This document shows, one piece after another, positions 19,177 through 28,027 of a stretch of DNA of 55,264 bases. The translations under genes and the position numbers were made by a program. Numbering within the stretch: the stretch's first letter is position 1; each line of letters opens with the position of its first letter. This DNA is from Candidatus Woesearchaeota archaeon (GTDB lineage: Archaea > Nanobdellota > Nanobdellia > Pacearchaeales > GW2011-AR1): assembly GCA_964530955.1 (NCBI GenBank), contig CAZHCL010000004.1:1-55264 (forward strand), in the 5' to 3' direction. The notes below the pieces were generated by a model. That model had not been told where the DNA came from. It worked only from the letters and a program-made list of their open reading frames with translations, and ran no database searches.

Positions 19177-19240
19177 TACATTAAAGTAGTTTAGTTATAT
19201 ATACTTGAGCTGTATGATTCCATACTTCAAATCAGAATGC

Positions 19241-19423
19241 TCAAATTTCGCGAATCTCAAACCATTTCCTAATTTCTCTGGAAGGTGAATTTTCATATAT
19301 TAAATCATTGTCTTTCTTTATTCTTGTTTCTGTCAATTTCTGTTTAGTAATCTGAATTTCTGTATGACCTGCCAATTTATTTTTAAATTTAAGAAAAATA
19401 TCCTTCTTGCTTGCAGTATTCAT
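19241..19423 (-). CDS. Small hypothetical protein
   Basis: 60-aa ORF abutting the upstream gene in a same-strand cluster. Confidence 0.45.
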   Translation of the reverse strand: MNTASKKDIFLKFKNKLAGHTEIQITKQKLTETRIKKDNDLIYENSPSREIRKWFEIREI

Positions 19424-19813
19424 TTAATTTGCTCCAACTGTAAATTTCTGATCTCCGCAAAAATACAACTTTTCACTTATAATTTTATCATCTTTCCAGT
19501 GCTGAACATTGACTCTATAAATTGTCTTATTTTCCCCTTTCTTGTTATCTAAGTTTATTGCCCATTCAGTCATTGAAACATTATCATCTGTCCCTCCAAA
19601 AGTAACTGACTTTATCTCAGCACTGTTCAACTTTTCTATTTCCTGAAGAAATATGAGCTCTCTTTTTCTATTTGCATCCTTTCCAACCACAGCAGGATTT
19701 CCATTAACCTGTATAACTACTTCTTCACCATAGTATTTCTCAAAGGCTTCCATGATCTTGCCTTCTTTAATAAGGTTGTTCAATTTTTCGACTGTATTTT
19801 TTAATTTTATCAT
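19424..19813 (-). CDS. SnoaL/NTF2-like protein
   Basis: AFEKYYGEEV....N...VGKDAN..RE ... SMTEW ... VQHWKDDKIISEKLY. Confidence 0.8.
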   Translation of the reverse strand: MIKLKNTVEKLNNLIKEGKIMEAFEKYYGEEVVIQVNGNPAVVGKDANRKRELIFLQEIEKLNSAEIKSVTFGGTDDNVSMTEWAINLDNKKGENKTIYRVNVQHWKDDKIISEKLYFCGDQKFTVGAN

Positions 19814-19841
19814 TTTTCAGTATTAGATTTTATTTATGACC

Positions 19842-20117
19842 TTACTTTAAATAAAAGTAAACGGCTCCGATTATCAGAACTATTAGTATAAAAAAAAGCA
19901 CCGCTAAAGCCATAGGATTTCTATCATTCGCCTGCCTTCTGTCAATAGTCATCTGATCGTTCTTTAATCTGTTTTCTCTGGTAAGTTCGTCTGCTCGGAA
20001 TCTTCTTTTTATAGTCAAATCATCATTCTTAATACGATTATCTCTTATAGTTCTGTCAACATTTTCCCTTCGGTCAATTGTTGCCATATCATTTGTTCTT
20101 CGTTGTTTATTTGCCAT
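19842..20117 (-). CDS. Small protein with 11-residue tandem repeats and a C-terminal TM helix
   Basis: NDMATIDRREN/VDRTIRDNRIK/NDDLTIKRRFR/ADELTRENRLK/NDQMTIDRRQA, then a hydrophobic tail. Confidence 0.7.
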   Translation of the reverse strand: MANKQRRTNDMATIDRRENVDRTIRDNRIKNDDLTIKRRFRADELTRENRLKNDQMTIDRRQANDRNPMALAVLFFILIVLIIGAVYFYLK

Positions 20118-20219
20118 ATTGATTTTTATATTGTATAATCACTAGTAACTCATAGTATATATGATAGAGTAGTAGTAAGGCATAAATGTTGTATGAGAAT
20201 ATACTTTTATATTGTAAAA

Positions 20220-20975
20220 TCAAACAACTTTCTCAGAGTATTCCCAAAGGATATTGTATAGATCAAGATATTCTTTTGCAATAAGTTCATTCTCTATTAC
20301 AATAGTATGGACCGGATCAATCCATAAAGTAATGTAAACAGAATTGTTGCAGACAATCTGAGTTATCTGGGAGGTTTTTGATTGTTGAGTTTTAGGCAAA
20401 AGTCGGGCTTCAGTGAATTTCAAATTACTTAATGTTTTAATTTCCTCATGAGGCAGTTTATAAAAAAGAAGTTTGAGCGGGATGTGTTTCTTTATTCTTT
20501 CAATATGAAAGGAGTGTAATAATCTATCATTAAGTACATTGATTATATTTTCATTCTCAGCAAGACCATAAATCCATACCTCTGACTGCTTTTCAAGCAG
20601 ACCAAACAATATACTTTTTACAGCGTTTAAACCTTCAAGAGAATACACCCTAGGAGTCTGTCCAGACACATAAGTCGTTTTTATATAATTCATCGCCGAT
20701 TTTAAATTTTCTAGTTTGTCTTTTTCTTCATTAATTAGCAAATCAGTCGACAGAGCCACAAATATTTGCTTGCCATCCTTATTAGTCAGATAAACAAGAT
20801 TCTTCTCTTTAAGTTTTGTCAGGGTGTCATATACATTAGCTCTGTGCATTTTAGTCCTTTTTGAAATTTGGGTCGCGGTAGAATCCTTATTCTTTAATAG
20901 GTCTAAATAAACAAGAGTCTGCATCTTAGGTATACCTACAGATTCAAATGCCTTCAATATATGCTCATCAGCCAT
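20220..20975 (-). CDS. TrmB-family transcriptional regulator
   Basis: G.......VYLDLLK....TATQISKRTKMHRANVYDTL..L.EK.L HTH, plus an effector domain. Confidence 0.88.
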   Translation of the reverse strand: MADEHILKAFESVGIPKMQTLVYLDLLKNKDSTATQISKRTKMHRANVYDTLTKLKEKNLVYLTNKDGKQIFVALSTDLLINEEKDKLENLKSAMNYIKTTYVSGQTPRVYSLEGLNAVKSILFGLLEKQSEVWIYGLAENENIINVLNDRLLHSFHIERIKKHIPLKLLFYKLPHEEIKTLSNLKFTEARLLPKTQQSKTSQITQIVCNNSVYITLWIDPVHTIVIENELIAKEYLDLYNILWEYSEKVV

Positions 20976-21057
20976 AATAAGCTTAAGTGACCAATCTATA
21001 TAGTTCTATGTTTTATTGCGGGGAAGGTATTTTAAACATCTTCACTTTATCTAATAT

Positions 21058-21690
21058 GTGTTCAATCAGAAAAAGGCAAATCATTATGTAAGAATAACGC
21101 TGGGCATATTTCTGGTAATAATTGGCATCCTAGCTTTTTTCAATGTATTTTATTATGGAGATATTTCAATAATTTTTTGGTTTTGCTATCTAAGTGTTCC
21201 TCTAGCTGGTGTAGGCATACTGCTGAATAATTCAACTCTTGTTAAGAGCCAGTTATACATTTTGGCAATTCCAGACTTAATTTGGACCATTGATTTGATT
21301 TACTATTTGCTTAATGGGCGTTCTTTTTTAGGTATAATAGACTATCTATTTCTTCCAGGCCATATTTTGCCTAAAATAGTTACCCTGCAGCATATAATTA
21401 CCGTACCAATTATGTTCTACTCATTGATTCTTTTTAAAAATGAAAAGACTGAGAGCTGGAAAATCAGTATATTTCAGGTTATGTTGGTCTTTATATTGAC
21501 CAAAATTTTTACTTCCCAAGAAGCAAACATAAATTGCGTATATAATTTATGCGGCTCATTGTATGCTAATTTAGGAATGCTCTATCCATTTCTTTGGTTT
21601 GCAATGTCTTTCCTAATGATTTATATTTCGAGAATAGCTTTTATTAAATCACATAGGTTTTTCACTAAATTCTTTAAGATAACTAGCTAA
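21058..21690 (+). CDS. Integral membrane protein (FWFCY...QH...NINCV)
   Basis: About 6 hydrophobic segments. Confidence 0.7.
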   Translation: MFNQKKANHYVRITLGIFLVIIGILAFFNVFYYGDISIIFWFCYLSVPLAGVGILLNNSTLVKSQLYILAIPDLIWTIDLIYYLLNGRSFLGIIDYLFLPGHILPKIVTLQHIITVPIMFYSLILFKNEKTESWKISIFQVMLVFILTKIFTSQEANINCVYNLCGSLYANLGMLYPFLWFAMSFLMIYISRIAFIKSHRFFTKFFKITS

Positions 21691-21739
21691 AAAAAGATGA
21701 AATGTGTATGTTTATAAACTAAGTTTATCTATATATAAC

Positions 21740-21901
21740 ATGGCAGCAACAGCACCTGGAGCAAGGAAGAAGAAGCTTGATTACAATGTAGACGGTGCAG
21801 TATTCGATGATTTTATGAAAGCGTGTAGCAGAAAAGGCTTTGCACCTCAGGTTATTCTTGAACAGGCTATGAGAAAGTTTACCCAAACAGGGCAGATTTA
21901 A
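21740..21901 (+). CDS. Small ribbon-helix-helix-like protein
   Basis: MAATAPGARKKKLDYNVDGAVFDDFMKACSRKGFAPQVILEQAMRKF: a strand-helix-helix pattern. Start chosen downstream of TTTATAAA. Confidence 0.55.
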   Translation: MAATAPGARKKKLDYNVDGAVFDDFMKACSRKGFAPQVILEQAMRKFTQTGQI

Positions 21902-21950
21902 TAGATTTCTGAATGCCTAGATTTTTAAATTCAATTTCACTCTTATATTT

Positions 21951-22109
21951 ATGAAAACAAAATTATGCCTTGCATGCAAGAAAAACAAGTTTGAAGTCAA
22001 TCCTTCCGCGAGGTATGAAAGAAAATACTGTGAAAAGTGTAGTAAGGAAAGGAAGAAAATGTGGGATAATCAGTGGAAAATCAAGTTTGAGGATCTTCCG
22101 GACGAATAA
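21951..22109 (+). CDS. 52-aa Zn-ribbon microprotein, not in the ORF track
   Basis: MKTKLCLACKKNKFEVNPSARYERKYCEKCSKERKKMWDNQWKIKFEDLPDE*; two CxxC pairs; TTTAAAT about 25 nt upstream. Confidence 0.7.
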   Translation: MKTKLCLACKKNKFEVNPSARYERKYCEKCSKERKKMWDNQWKIKFEDLPDE

Positions 22110-22159
22110 AAAACTTTTTTTTCACTAGATTATATATACTTCCGTGACTTATTTTTAAG

Positions 22160-22723
22160 ATGCCTGAAATAAAAGTAGTTCATAAAGTCTTCAAAACCAT
22201 CACAGTTCTAAAGGGAATTCATGCAATAATAGAGATATTGTTGGGTATTGCCTTATTTATTTTAAGTAAAGAATTTATATCAAGTTTAATAGTTGTTTTT
22301 GTTCAGGGCAGGCTCGCAGGAGATCCAACTAGTTTTATCGCTAGACACATCTCTCAATTTGGAATAGGTCTCTCTTTAGGAATCAAATTATTCTTCTCAG
22401 TCTATTTAGTTACCCATGGGCTCGTTAATCTTTCTTTAGTTCTCGGAATTATCAAAAAGCCTTCACTTGCCTACCCAGTCTCACTCCTCGTTTTTATCGG
22501 ATTCTTAGTCTATGAAATATATAGCTATTTTATTATCGCCTCAATCTGGCTGCTGGTAATTACTCTATTTGATATCTTGTTCATAGGTCTGCTATTTTAC
22601 GAATATCATCACCATCTTGAAAAATATTCATTTTTAGGTAAGCTTAAAATGATTGCAAAAGCTGAAGTTCCCAACATTGTAGAAATAAAGATGCCTACAG
22701 CAATTGTTATAAAATTAGATTAA
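22160..22723 (+). CDS. DUF2127-like membrane protein
   Basis: LKGIHAIIEILLG ... YLVTHGLVNL...G ... AYP ... YEIY ... FDI. Confidence 0.75.
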   Translation: MPEIKVVHKVFKTITVLKGIHAIIEILLGIALFILSKEFISSLIVVFVQGRLAGDPTSFIARHISQFGIGLSLGIKLFFSVYLVTHGLVNLSLVLGIIKKPSLAYPVSLLVFIGFLVYEIYSYFIIASIWLLVITLFDILFIGLLFYEYHHHLEKYSFLGKLKMIAKAEVPNIVEIKMPTAIVIKLD

Positions 22724-22775
22724 CTTTAGAAAGTGAATTGCGCAGGTTTAAATACCATGTTTTAGGTTAATTATA

Positions 22776-23249
22776 ATGGGATTTAGAGATAACGACAGGA
22801 AAGGATCATTTGGTTCTGGACGAGGAAACGGCGGAGGATTTGGCGGAGGCGGTTTCGGAGGCAGAAGCAGAGGAGGATTCTCAGGTAGAGGCGGAGGCCG
22901 TGGAGGATTTAGAGATAGAGACTCTGGTCCAAGAGAGATGTTTGACGCAGTATGCAGCAAGTGTCACAAGCCATGTCAGGTTCCATTCAAACCAACAGGA
23001 AATAAGCCAGTTCTATGTAGTGATTGCTTCAGGCAAAGTGAAGGCTCAAATCAGAGTTTCAATAGAAGTTCAGGTTCTGATAATGCTGGAATATCAGCAG
23101 ATCAATTCAAACAGCTTAATTCAAAATTAGATAAAATCCTAGAAATTCTTGACCAGCTTGAAATTGAGGCAGTTGAAGGAGAAGACGAAGATATTCAAGA
23201 TAACGAAAAAGATGAAGAATCAGATGAGAACGAAGATGGAAAAGAATAA
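22776..23249 (+). CDS. RGG-rich, CxxC-x17-CxxC Zn-ribbon protein with acidic tail
   Basis: REMFDAVCSKCHKPCQVPFKPTGNKPVLCSDCF. Confidence 0.88.
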   Translation: MGFRDNDRKGSFGSGRGNGGGFGGGGFGGRSRGGFSGRGGGRGGFRDRDSGPREMFDAVCSKCHKPCQVPFKPTGNKPVLCSDCFRQSEGSNQSFNRSSGSDNAGISADQFKQLNSKLDKILEILDQLEIEAVEGEDEDIQDNEKDEESDENEDGKE

Positions 23250-23318
23250 TTACAAAAAAGCAAATATTTATATTGCCTCATTACAAACTCATTTTACAAC
23301 CAGGAGGATATTATAACA

Positions 23319-23510
23319 ATGAAAGGCAAAATAAAGTTCTTCAATGAAATTAAAGGATTTGGATTTATAACTGCTGAAGACGGAAAAGAATACTTTGTTC
23401 ACAGCACAGGATTAGCAGCTGGAACTAAGGTCAAAGAAAATGATTCAGTAACTTTTGAAGTTGAGCAGGGAGATAAGGGTCCTAAAGCAGTGAAAGTAAC
23501 AAAAGAATAA
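23319..23510 (+). CDS. cspA: Cold-shock domain protein
   Basis: KGKIKFFNEIKGFGFI (RNP1), YFVHST (RNP2), GDKGPKA; CAGGAGG RBS-like sequence upstream. Confidence 0.93.
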   Translation: MKGKIKFFNEIKGFGFITAEDGKEYFVHSTGLAAGTKVKENDSVTFEVEQGDKGPKAVKVTKE

Positions 23511-23534
23511 AATCTTATTAAATATCATTTCAAA

Positions 23535-23657
23535 ATGAGTAAAAAATTTGGATTTAGCATAGTAGCCGGTAAGATGGGCAGACGCGGTCTTAGAAAGTCA
23601 GGTATAAAGAAGATCTGGAATAGAGACAAGAAGATAAAATCTTTTAGCACTGTTTAA
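23535..23657 (+). CDS. 40-aa basic micropeptide, not in the ORF track
   Basis: MSKKFGFSIVAGKMGRRGLRKSGIKKIWNRDKKIKSFSTV*, 24 nt after the csp stop. Confidence 0.5.
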   Translation: MSKKFGFSIVAGKMGRRGLRKSGIKKIWNRDKKIKSFSTV

Positions 23658-23715
23658 TTATTTATTTTTTATATTATATATTATATATCTCATATATCTT
23701 TAAAAGTTTGTAAGT

Positions 23716-24747
23716 GTGAAAAATTTTGCTATGAAGGCAGCAATATGTTCAAATCAAGGTTATGATAAATTAGAAAGAGCAGATATTTTATCTAGAGCAA
23801 GAAAAATAGAAGATGGTTTAAGCATATTGCTTTTGTACAGGTCAATTTGGGAAGGTCTTCCAGAAAAGACTCTTCAAGATATTAAATCATCAAAATCGGA
23901 ATTATTAGAAGAAGACAGAAAAGATGTTTCCGCATTAGAAAAAAAGATGAATGAGCAGGACCTGATAACTGATATTAGACCATTTGTATTTGAACACCCC
24001 TATCTAATAGCGCGCATGGTTTTTGGAAGCGATATGGAAAAATTTGCATCATATGGTTTCGGCTCAAAAATGGCATTGGCCAGTGCAATTTCCACATATT
24101 GCATTGCTGAAAGAGATACAATAAAGCAGACCCCACACGAATATAGTTGGAGAAATAATAATTATAGAAACGTAGTAAGTTTGACAACTCACGGAGATAT
24201 GGATGTAACACAGATAAAAATATTAGGAAATCCAGGAGAAGATGTAATCATTGACCCTCAATATTATGGATTTGGTCTGCAGCAAGATTGGTCTCCATTC
24301 CTTGCTTCTGCCCTTAAATACGCAGAAGCTATAGGCAAAAAAGATATTCCTCAAATAAGAAATTGGAGAGAATTTGCCAGACAAATAAGAAAGCATAATT
24401 TTTGGGGAACAAAAATACCTGAGGAAAGTAAAGATGATGATTACTTTGATGCTGAAATTATATTTACAAGAGGATTATATCCATCAAATTCACCTATATT
24501 CATCAACGACCATGTGGCTGCATCTCTCAAAGATAATAGATTAGAGATGTTAAGAGAAAGCGCAGATGGAAAAGTCCTTCTGTATGACGGAAGATTAAAA
24601 ATGAACGTTTGTGCAACCTATTTTCCAGATGACCTACCACATCTTTTAAATGCAAACTACCAACTATTTGCCAGAAGTGTTGATTCTATGGCTAAATTAA
24701 TGGATTATTTTAATAATCAAACATCTACTTCATTAAAAGCTCCTTAG
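23716..24747 (+). CDS. Hypothetical protein
   Basis: Intact 343-aa ORF; no motif recognised. Confidence 0.7.
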   Translation: MKNFAMKAAICSNQGYDKLERADILSRARKIEDGLSILLLYRSIWEGLPEKTLQDIKSSKSELLEEDRKDVSALEKKMNEQDLITDIRPFVFEHPYLIARMVFGSDMEKFASYGFGSKMALASAISTYCIAERDTIKQTPHEYSWRNNNYRNVVSLTTHGDMDVTQIKILGNPGEDVIIDPQYYGFGLQQDWSPFLASALKYAEAIGKKDIPQIRNWREFARQIRKHNFWGTKIPEESKDDDYFDAEIIFTRGLYPSNSPIFINDHVAASLKDNRLEMLRESADGKVLLYDGRLKMNVCATYFPDDLPHLLNANYQLFARSVDSMAKLMDYFNNQTSTSLKAP

Positions 24748-24799
24748 TAAATGAGTCATCCTTCCGAAGGTTTTTAAATCAAATTAGTGCGTTTTTTAT

Positions 24800-25645
24800 A
24801 TGGAAGAGCTAAATTTCACATATAAGCTGTTTGGAGGAGAAATTCAGGTAGTAATTTACGATGCAGATAAAAATCTAGTCGAAGATGTAATGAATGAGTT
24901 TTATCAGGAAGCATTAAGATTGCAGAAAATATTTAACTTTTTTGATGATAGAAGCGAACTTTCAATTCTTAACCAGAAAAGAGAGCTTGTTGTTTCTCAA
25001 GATTTGCTAAAAGTAATAAAAAAAGGCATTAAATTCTCTGAATTGACCAATGGAAAATATGACATAAGTCTAGGTAGAAAGTTTCTTGCCAGAAAGAAAG
25101 AAGGAAAAGAAATATCTGCTTCATGTTCCTACAAGGACATCGAAATTGAAGGAGATAAAATTACGCTTAAAAATAAAGATGTGATGATTGATTTAGGAAG
25201 CATTGCAAAGGGATATATCACAGACAGACTTGCTGACTTTCTCAAGAATAAGGGCGTTAAAGAGTTCCTAATTGATTCAAGAGGAGACATAATCGTTTCA
25301 GGCAGCTATGAGCATTTAATTGGAATTCAGAACCCTAGAGACAAAAAAGAAGTTATCTGCAACATTAAAGTCAAAAATAAAGGAATAGCAACATCGGGCG
25401 ATTACAAGCAGTATTATAAAAGTTATGATAATTCACATATAATAAACGCGAACAATTCTGCTTCCATAACTGTATTATCTGAAAAACTTGAAGACGCAGA
25501 CGTTTATGCTACAGCATTATTTGTTGCAAATAGCAGAGAAAAAGATAAAATAATCAATTTGGATAAAAATGTTAAGGTTTTTGTCATTGATAAGAATTTA
25601 AAAGCAGAGAAGTATAATAATTTCGAAGAGGTAATGGCAAAATGA
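24800..25645 (+). CDS. apbE: FAD:protein FMN transferase (ApbE) lacking a signal peptide
   Basis: SELSILN, IDLGSIAKGY, ATSGDY, HIIN, ADVYATAL. Confidence 0.9.
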   Translation: MEELNFTYKLFGGEIQVVIYDADKNLVEDVMNEFYQEALRLQKIFNFFDDRSELSILNQKRELVVSQDLLKVIKKGIKFSELTNGKYDISLGRKFLARKKEGKEISASCSYKDIEIEGDKITLKNKDVMIDLGSIAKGYITDRLADFLKNKGVKEFLIDSRGDIIVSGSYEHLIGIQNPRDKKEVICNIKVKNKGIATSGDYKQYYKSYDNSHIINANNSASITVLSEKLEDADVYATALFVANSREKDKIINLDKNVKVFVIDKNLKAEKYNNFEEVMAK

Positions 25646-26958
25646 ATTACAAAACAAAAAGAACTCTTGGATGGATAGTCCTACTTGCATTATCTCTCAT
25701 TCCAATCTATCTTTTATTTGCATTTGGGCCTGCGGGGAATGAACTTTCAGATTATTCTTCCGTAACTCATACGCTTGGAGAAGTCTTCGGTCTGGTAGGG
25801 ATGACTATGTTTGCGCTTACTTTTGTTCTTTCAACAAGAATAAAATGGATAGAAGATGTTTTCGGAGGTCTTGATAAAGTTTATCTTGCTCATGGTATCC
25901 TCGGAGGAACCGCTTTAATAGTAATACTCGCGCATCCCATATTCCTTGTATTAAAGTTTATACCTAGCGATTTTGTGACTGCCGCAATGTATTTGCTACC
26001 AAGTTCCTTCTGGTCAGTCAATTTTGGAATAATCGCACTTCTGGGAATGGTTATACTTATAGGAATAACTTTGTTTTCAAAGATGAAATATCATAGATGG
26101 AAGTTTACTCATGAATTTCTTGGATTAATATTCCTATTTGCTGTATTTCACATCTTTCTTGTAAGAGGGGTAGCTTCAAAAGATAACATATTCAATGGTT
26201 ATTACATATACTCAGCAATAGTATCTATAATAGGACTTTCCGCCTTCTCATATAGCCTATTCCTTAAGAACAGGATGATTAAGAACGCAGTATATAATAT
26301 TGAAAAAATATACAATGAAAAAGATGTATTTGAGATAATAATTACTCCAGAGCATAAACCTATAAGCTATCAATCAGGGCAGTTTGTATTTGTAAGATTC
26401 TATAACCAAAACCTATCAAAAGAGGCACATCCATTCTCCATAGCTTCAAAGTCAAACGACCCTAGAATGAAAATAATTGTCAAAAAACTCGGGGATTACA
26501 CAAGCAAAATGACCCATTTAAAGATTGGAGATAAAGTTTCAGTCGAAGGCCCCTATGGAAGATTCCATTTCAGAAACTACCATAATGAAAATCAGGTATG
26601 GATTGCCGCAGGAATAGGAATAACTCCCTTCATGGGGATGGCTGAAGACATTGAAAATGAAAAAATAAAATCCAATGTTAGATTGTATTACACAGCAAAA
26701 AATGATTCTGACTTTGTAGGATATAATTTGTTTAGTAGAATTGCAAGAAGTTTAAGTAACTTCAAGTTTATTCCCTGGAAATCTGAAGAAAAAGGAAGAA
26801 TAACTGCTGAAGAAATAATAAAAAATAAGGAAGACCTAAAAAACACCCAGTTTTTACTATGTGGTTCAGGTCAATTTAAAGAAGGAATAATTGATGGACT
26901 TGTCAACGCAGGAGTTAAGAAGAGTATGATTCATGAGGAGGCTTTTGATTTCAGATGA
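25642..26958 (+). CDS. Ferric-reductase-like transmembrane domain fused to FAD- and NAD(P)-binding (FNR) domains
   Basis: About 6 TM helices with His pairs (LAHG...LAHP; FTHE...VFH), HPFSIAS, EGPYG, AAGIGITPF, LLCG, EAFDF. Confidence 0.9.
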   Translation: MNYKTKRTLGWIVLLALSLIPIYLLFAFGPAGNELSDYSSVTHTLGEVFGLVGMTMFALTFVLSTRIKWIEDVFGGLDKVYLAHGILGGTALIVILAHPIFLVLKFIPSDFVTAAMYLLPSSFWSVNFGIIALLGMVILIGITLFSKMKYHRWKFTHEFLGLIFLFAVFHIFLVRGVASKDNIFNGYYIYSAIVSIIGLSAFSYSLFLKNRMIKNAVYNIEKIYNEKDVFEIIITPEHKPISYQSGQFVFVRFYNQNLSKEAHPFSIASKSNDPRMKIIVKKLGDYTSKMTHLKIGDKVSVEGPYGRFHFRNYHNENQVWIAAGIGITPFMGMAEDIENEKIKSNVRLYYTAKNDSDFVGYNLFSRIARSLSNFKFIPWKSEEKGRITAEEIIKNKEDLKNTQFLLCGSGQFKEGIIDGLVNAGVKKSMIHEEAFDFR

Positions 26959-27251
26959 GATTTAAAAAACTAAGAATTTTTGTCGGAATTGCAATTCTTA
27001 TTTTCGTTTTGGTAATTGGAAATATAATTGCCTTTGGATTAACTCATAATACTAACAGCAATAATATCGCTGCAATTGACACTAGGAAATCGGCAGTTAA
27101 TTCAACTTTACAGGTTATAGATTCAAGTTCTCCAAACACTGCAAGCTCAAGCACTAGCTCAAATACTCAGCAGCAACAGGTCCAGTCAACCCCAGCACCA
27201 GTACCTGCACCGATAGTTTATCATCCAACTATGCGAACAAGAGCTTCTTAA
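26955..27251 (+). CDS. Small membrane-anchored or secreted protein with S/T/Q/P-rich linker and C-terminal TRAS
   Basis: N-terminal TM, low-complexity linker, ends ...HPTMRTRAS*; ATGA overlap with the reductase gene. Confidence 0.75.
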   Translation: MRFKKLRIFVGIAILIFVLVIGNIIAFGLTHNTNSNNIAAIDTRKSAVNSTLQVIDSSSPNTASSSTSSNTQQQQVQSTPAPVPAPIVYHPTMRTRAS

Positions 27252-27252
27252 C

Positions 27253-27924
27253 TTACTTTCTTGTTTGACTGCTATCAAGAGAAGCAGCTATAAAAAATAA
27301 GATAGCCAAAAGCAGAGCAAAATGGCAAAGAACAGAGGGAAGATTAACATTAAAAATAGGAAAAATTTGTAGGACTATAAATGTTGGTAAAGTCATGCAA
27401 AGAATTCCCAAAGCAACAAAGAAAGAAACCTTTTTTCTTGTTTTATCTTTCACTTTCAAATATTCTCTAACCAAGTATATGAAAGCAATTGTAATAAAAA
27501 TAATGTAATAAAGCATATATGGGAGGACAAGAAGAGCATTATTAGAAAGAATAGTCTTTACAGACACAAAGAGCCTCATGCAAGTGCCAGACAAAACAAA
27601 ATTGGGAGTTAAGAGAGCCAAAAATGAATAAACTATGGGTATTGCATAAAGCAAAGTAAAGTTTTTCCTTTTATTTAGATAAAAAAGAGTTGCGTGTAAT
27701 CCTAAAACTGGCAAGAAACTGTAGGCTATGAAACCTACTCTCACCCATATAAGATTTGCAGAAAAGCAAAGCATGAATTCAGTGAACTGATAAATTCCAA
27801 GAAGCAGAAGAATTATGCTGAAAAATGGTGTTAATTTCGACTTTCTAAAAGAAGTTATTAGAATTAAAGCTAAAACCCATTCAGTTATTGCAGTTGCAAG
27901 AGATATGGTCGGAGTAAAGCACAT
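27253..27924 (-). CDS. 7-TM membrane protein (MCF-start family)
   Basis: Seven hydrophobic segments; MCFTPTIS start. Confidence 0.7.
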   Translation of the reverse strand: MCFTPTISLATAITEWVLALILITSFRKSKLTPFFSIILLLLGIYQFTEFMLCFSANLIWVRVGFIAYSFLPVLGLHATLFYLNKRKNFTLLYAIPIVYSFLALLTPNFVLSGTCMRLFVSVKTILSNNALLVLPYMLYYIIFITIAFIYLVREYLKVKDKTRKKVSFFVALGILCMTLPTFIVLQIFPIFNVNLPSVLCHFALLLAILFFIAASLDSSQTRK

Positions 27925-28027
27925 ATAAAAAAATGATTTTCTTAGTTCTTAAATCTTCAGTTATATTAAATAAAGTGACCAAAATTATTTTCGATGGTTT
28001 TTTAAACTAAACAGAAAACCTATTTTT

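Noticed and set aside
3991-24769. Similar motif GTCATC(TT/C)TTCCGAAG after two orphan genes (3991 and 24755), as a cassette or attC-like site
   Set aside because: About 14 matching bases with a gap is expected by chance in 55 kb, and it is not found after the other orphans.
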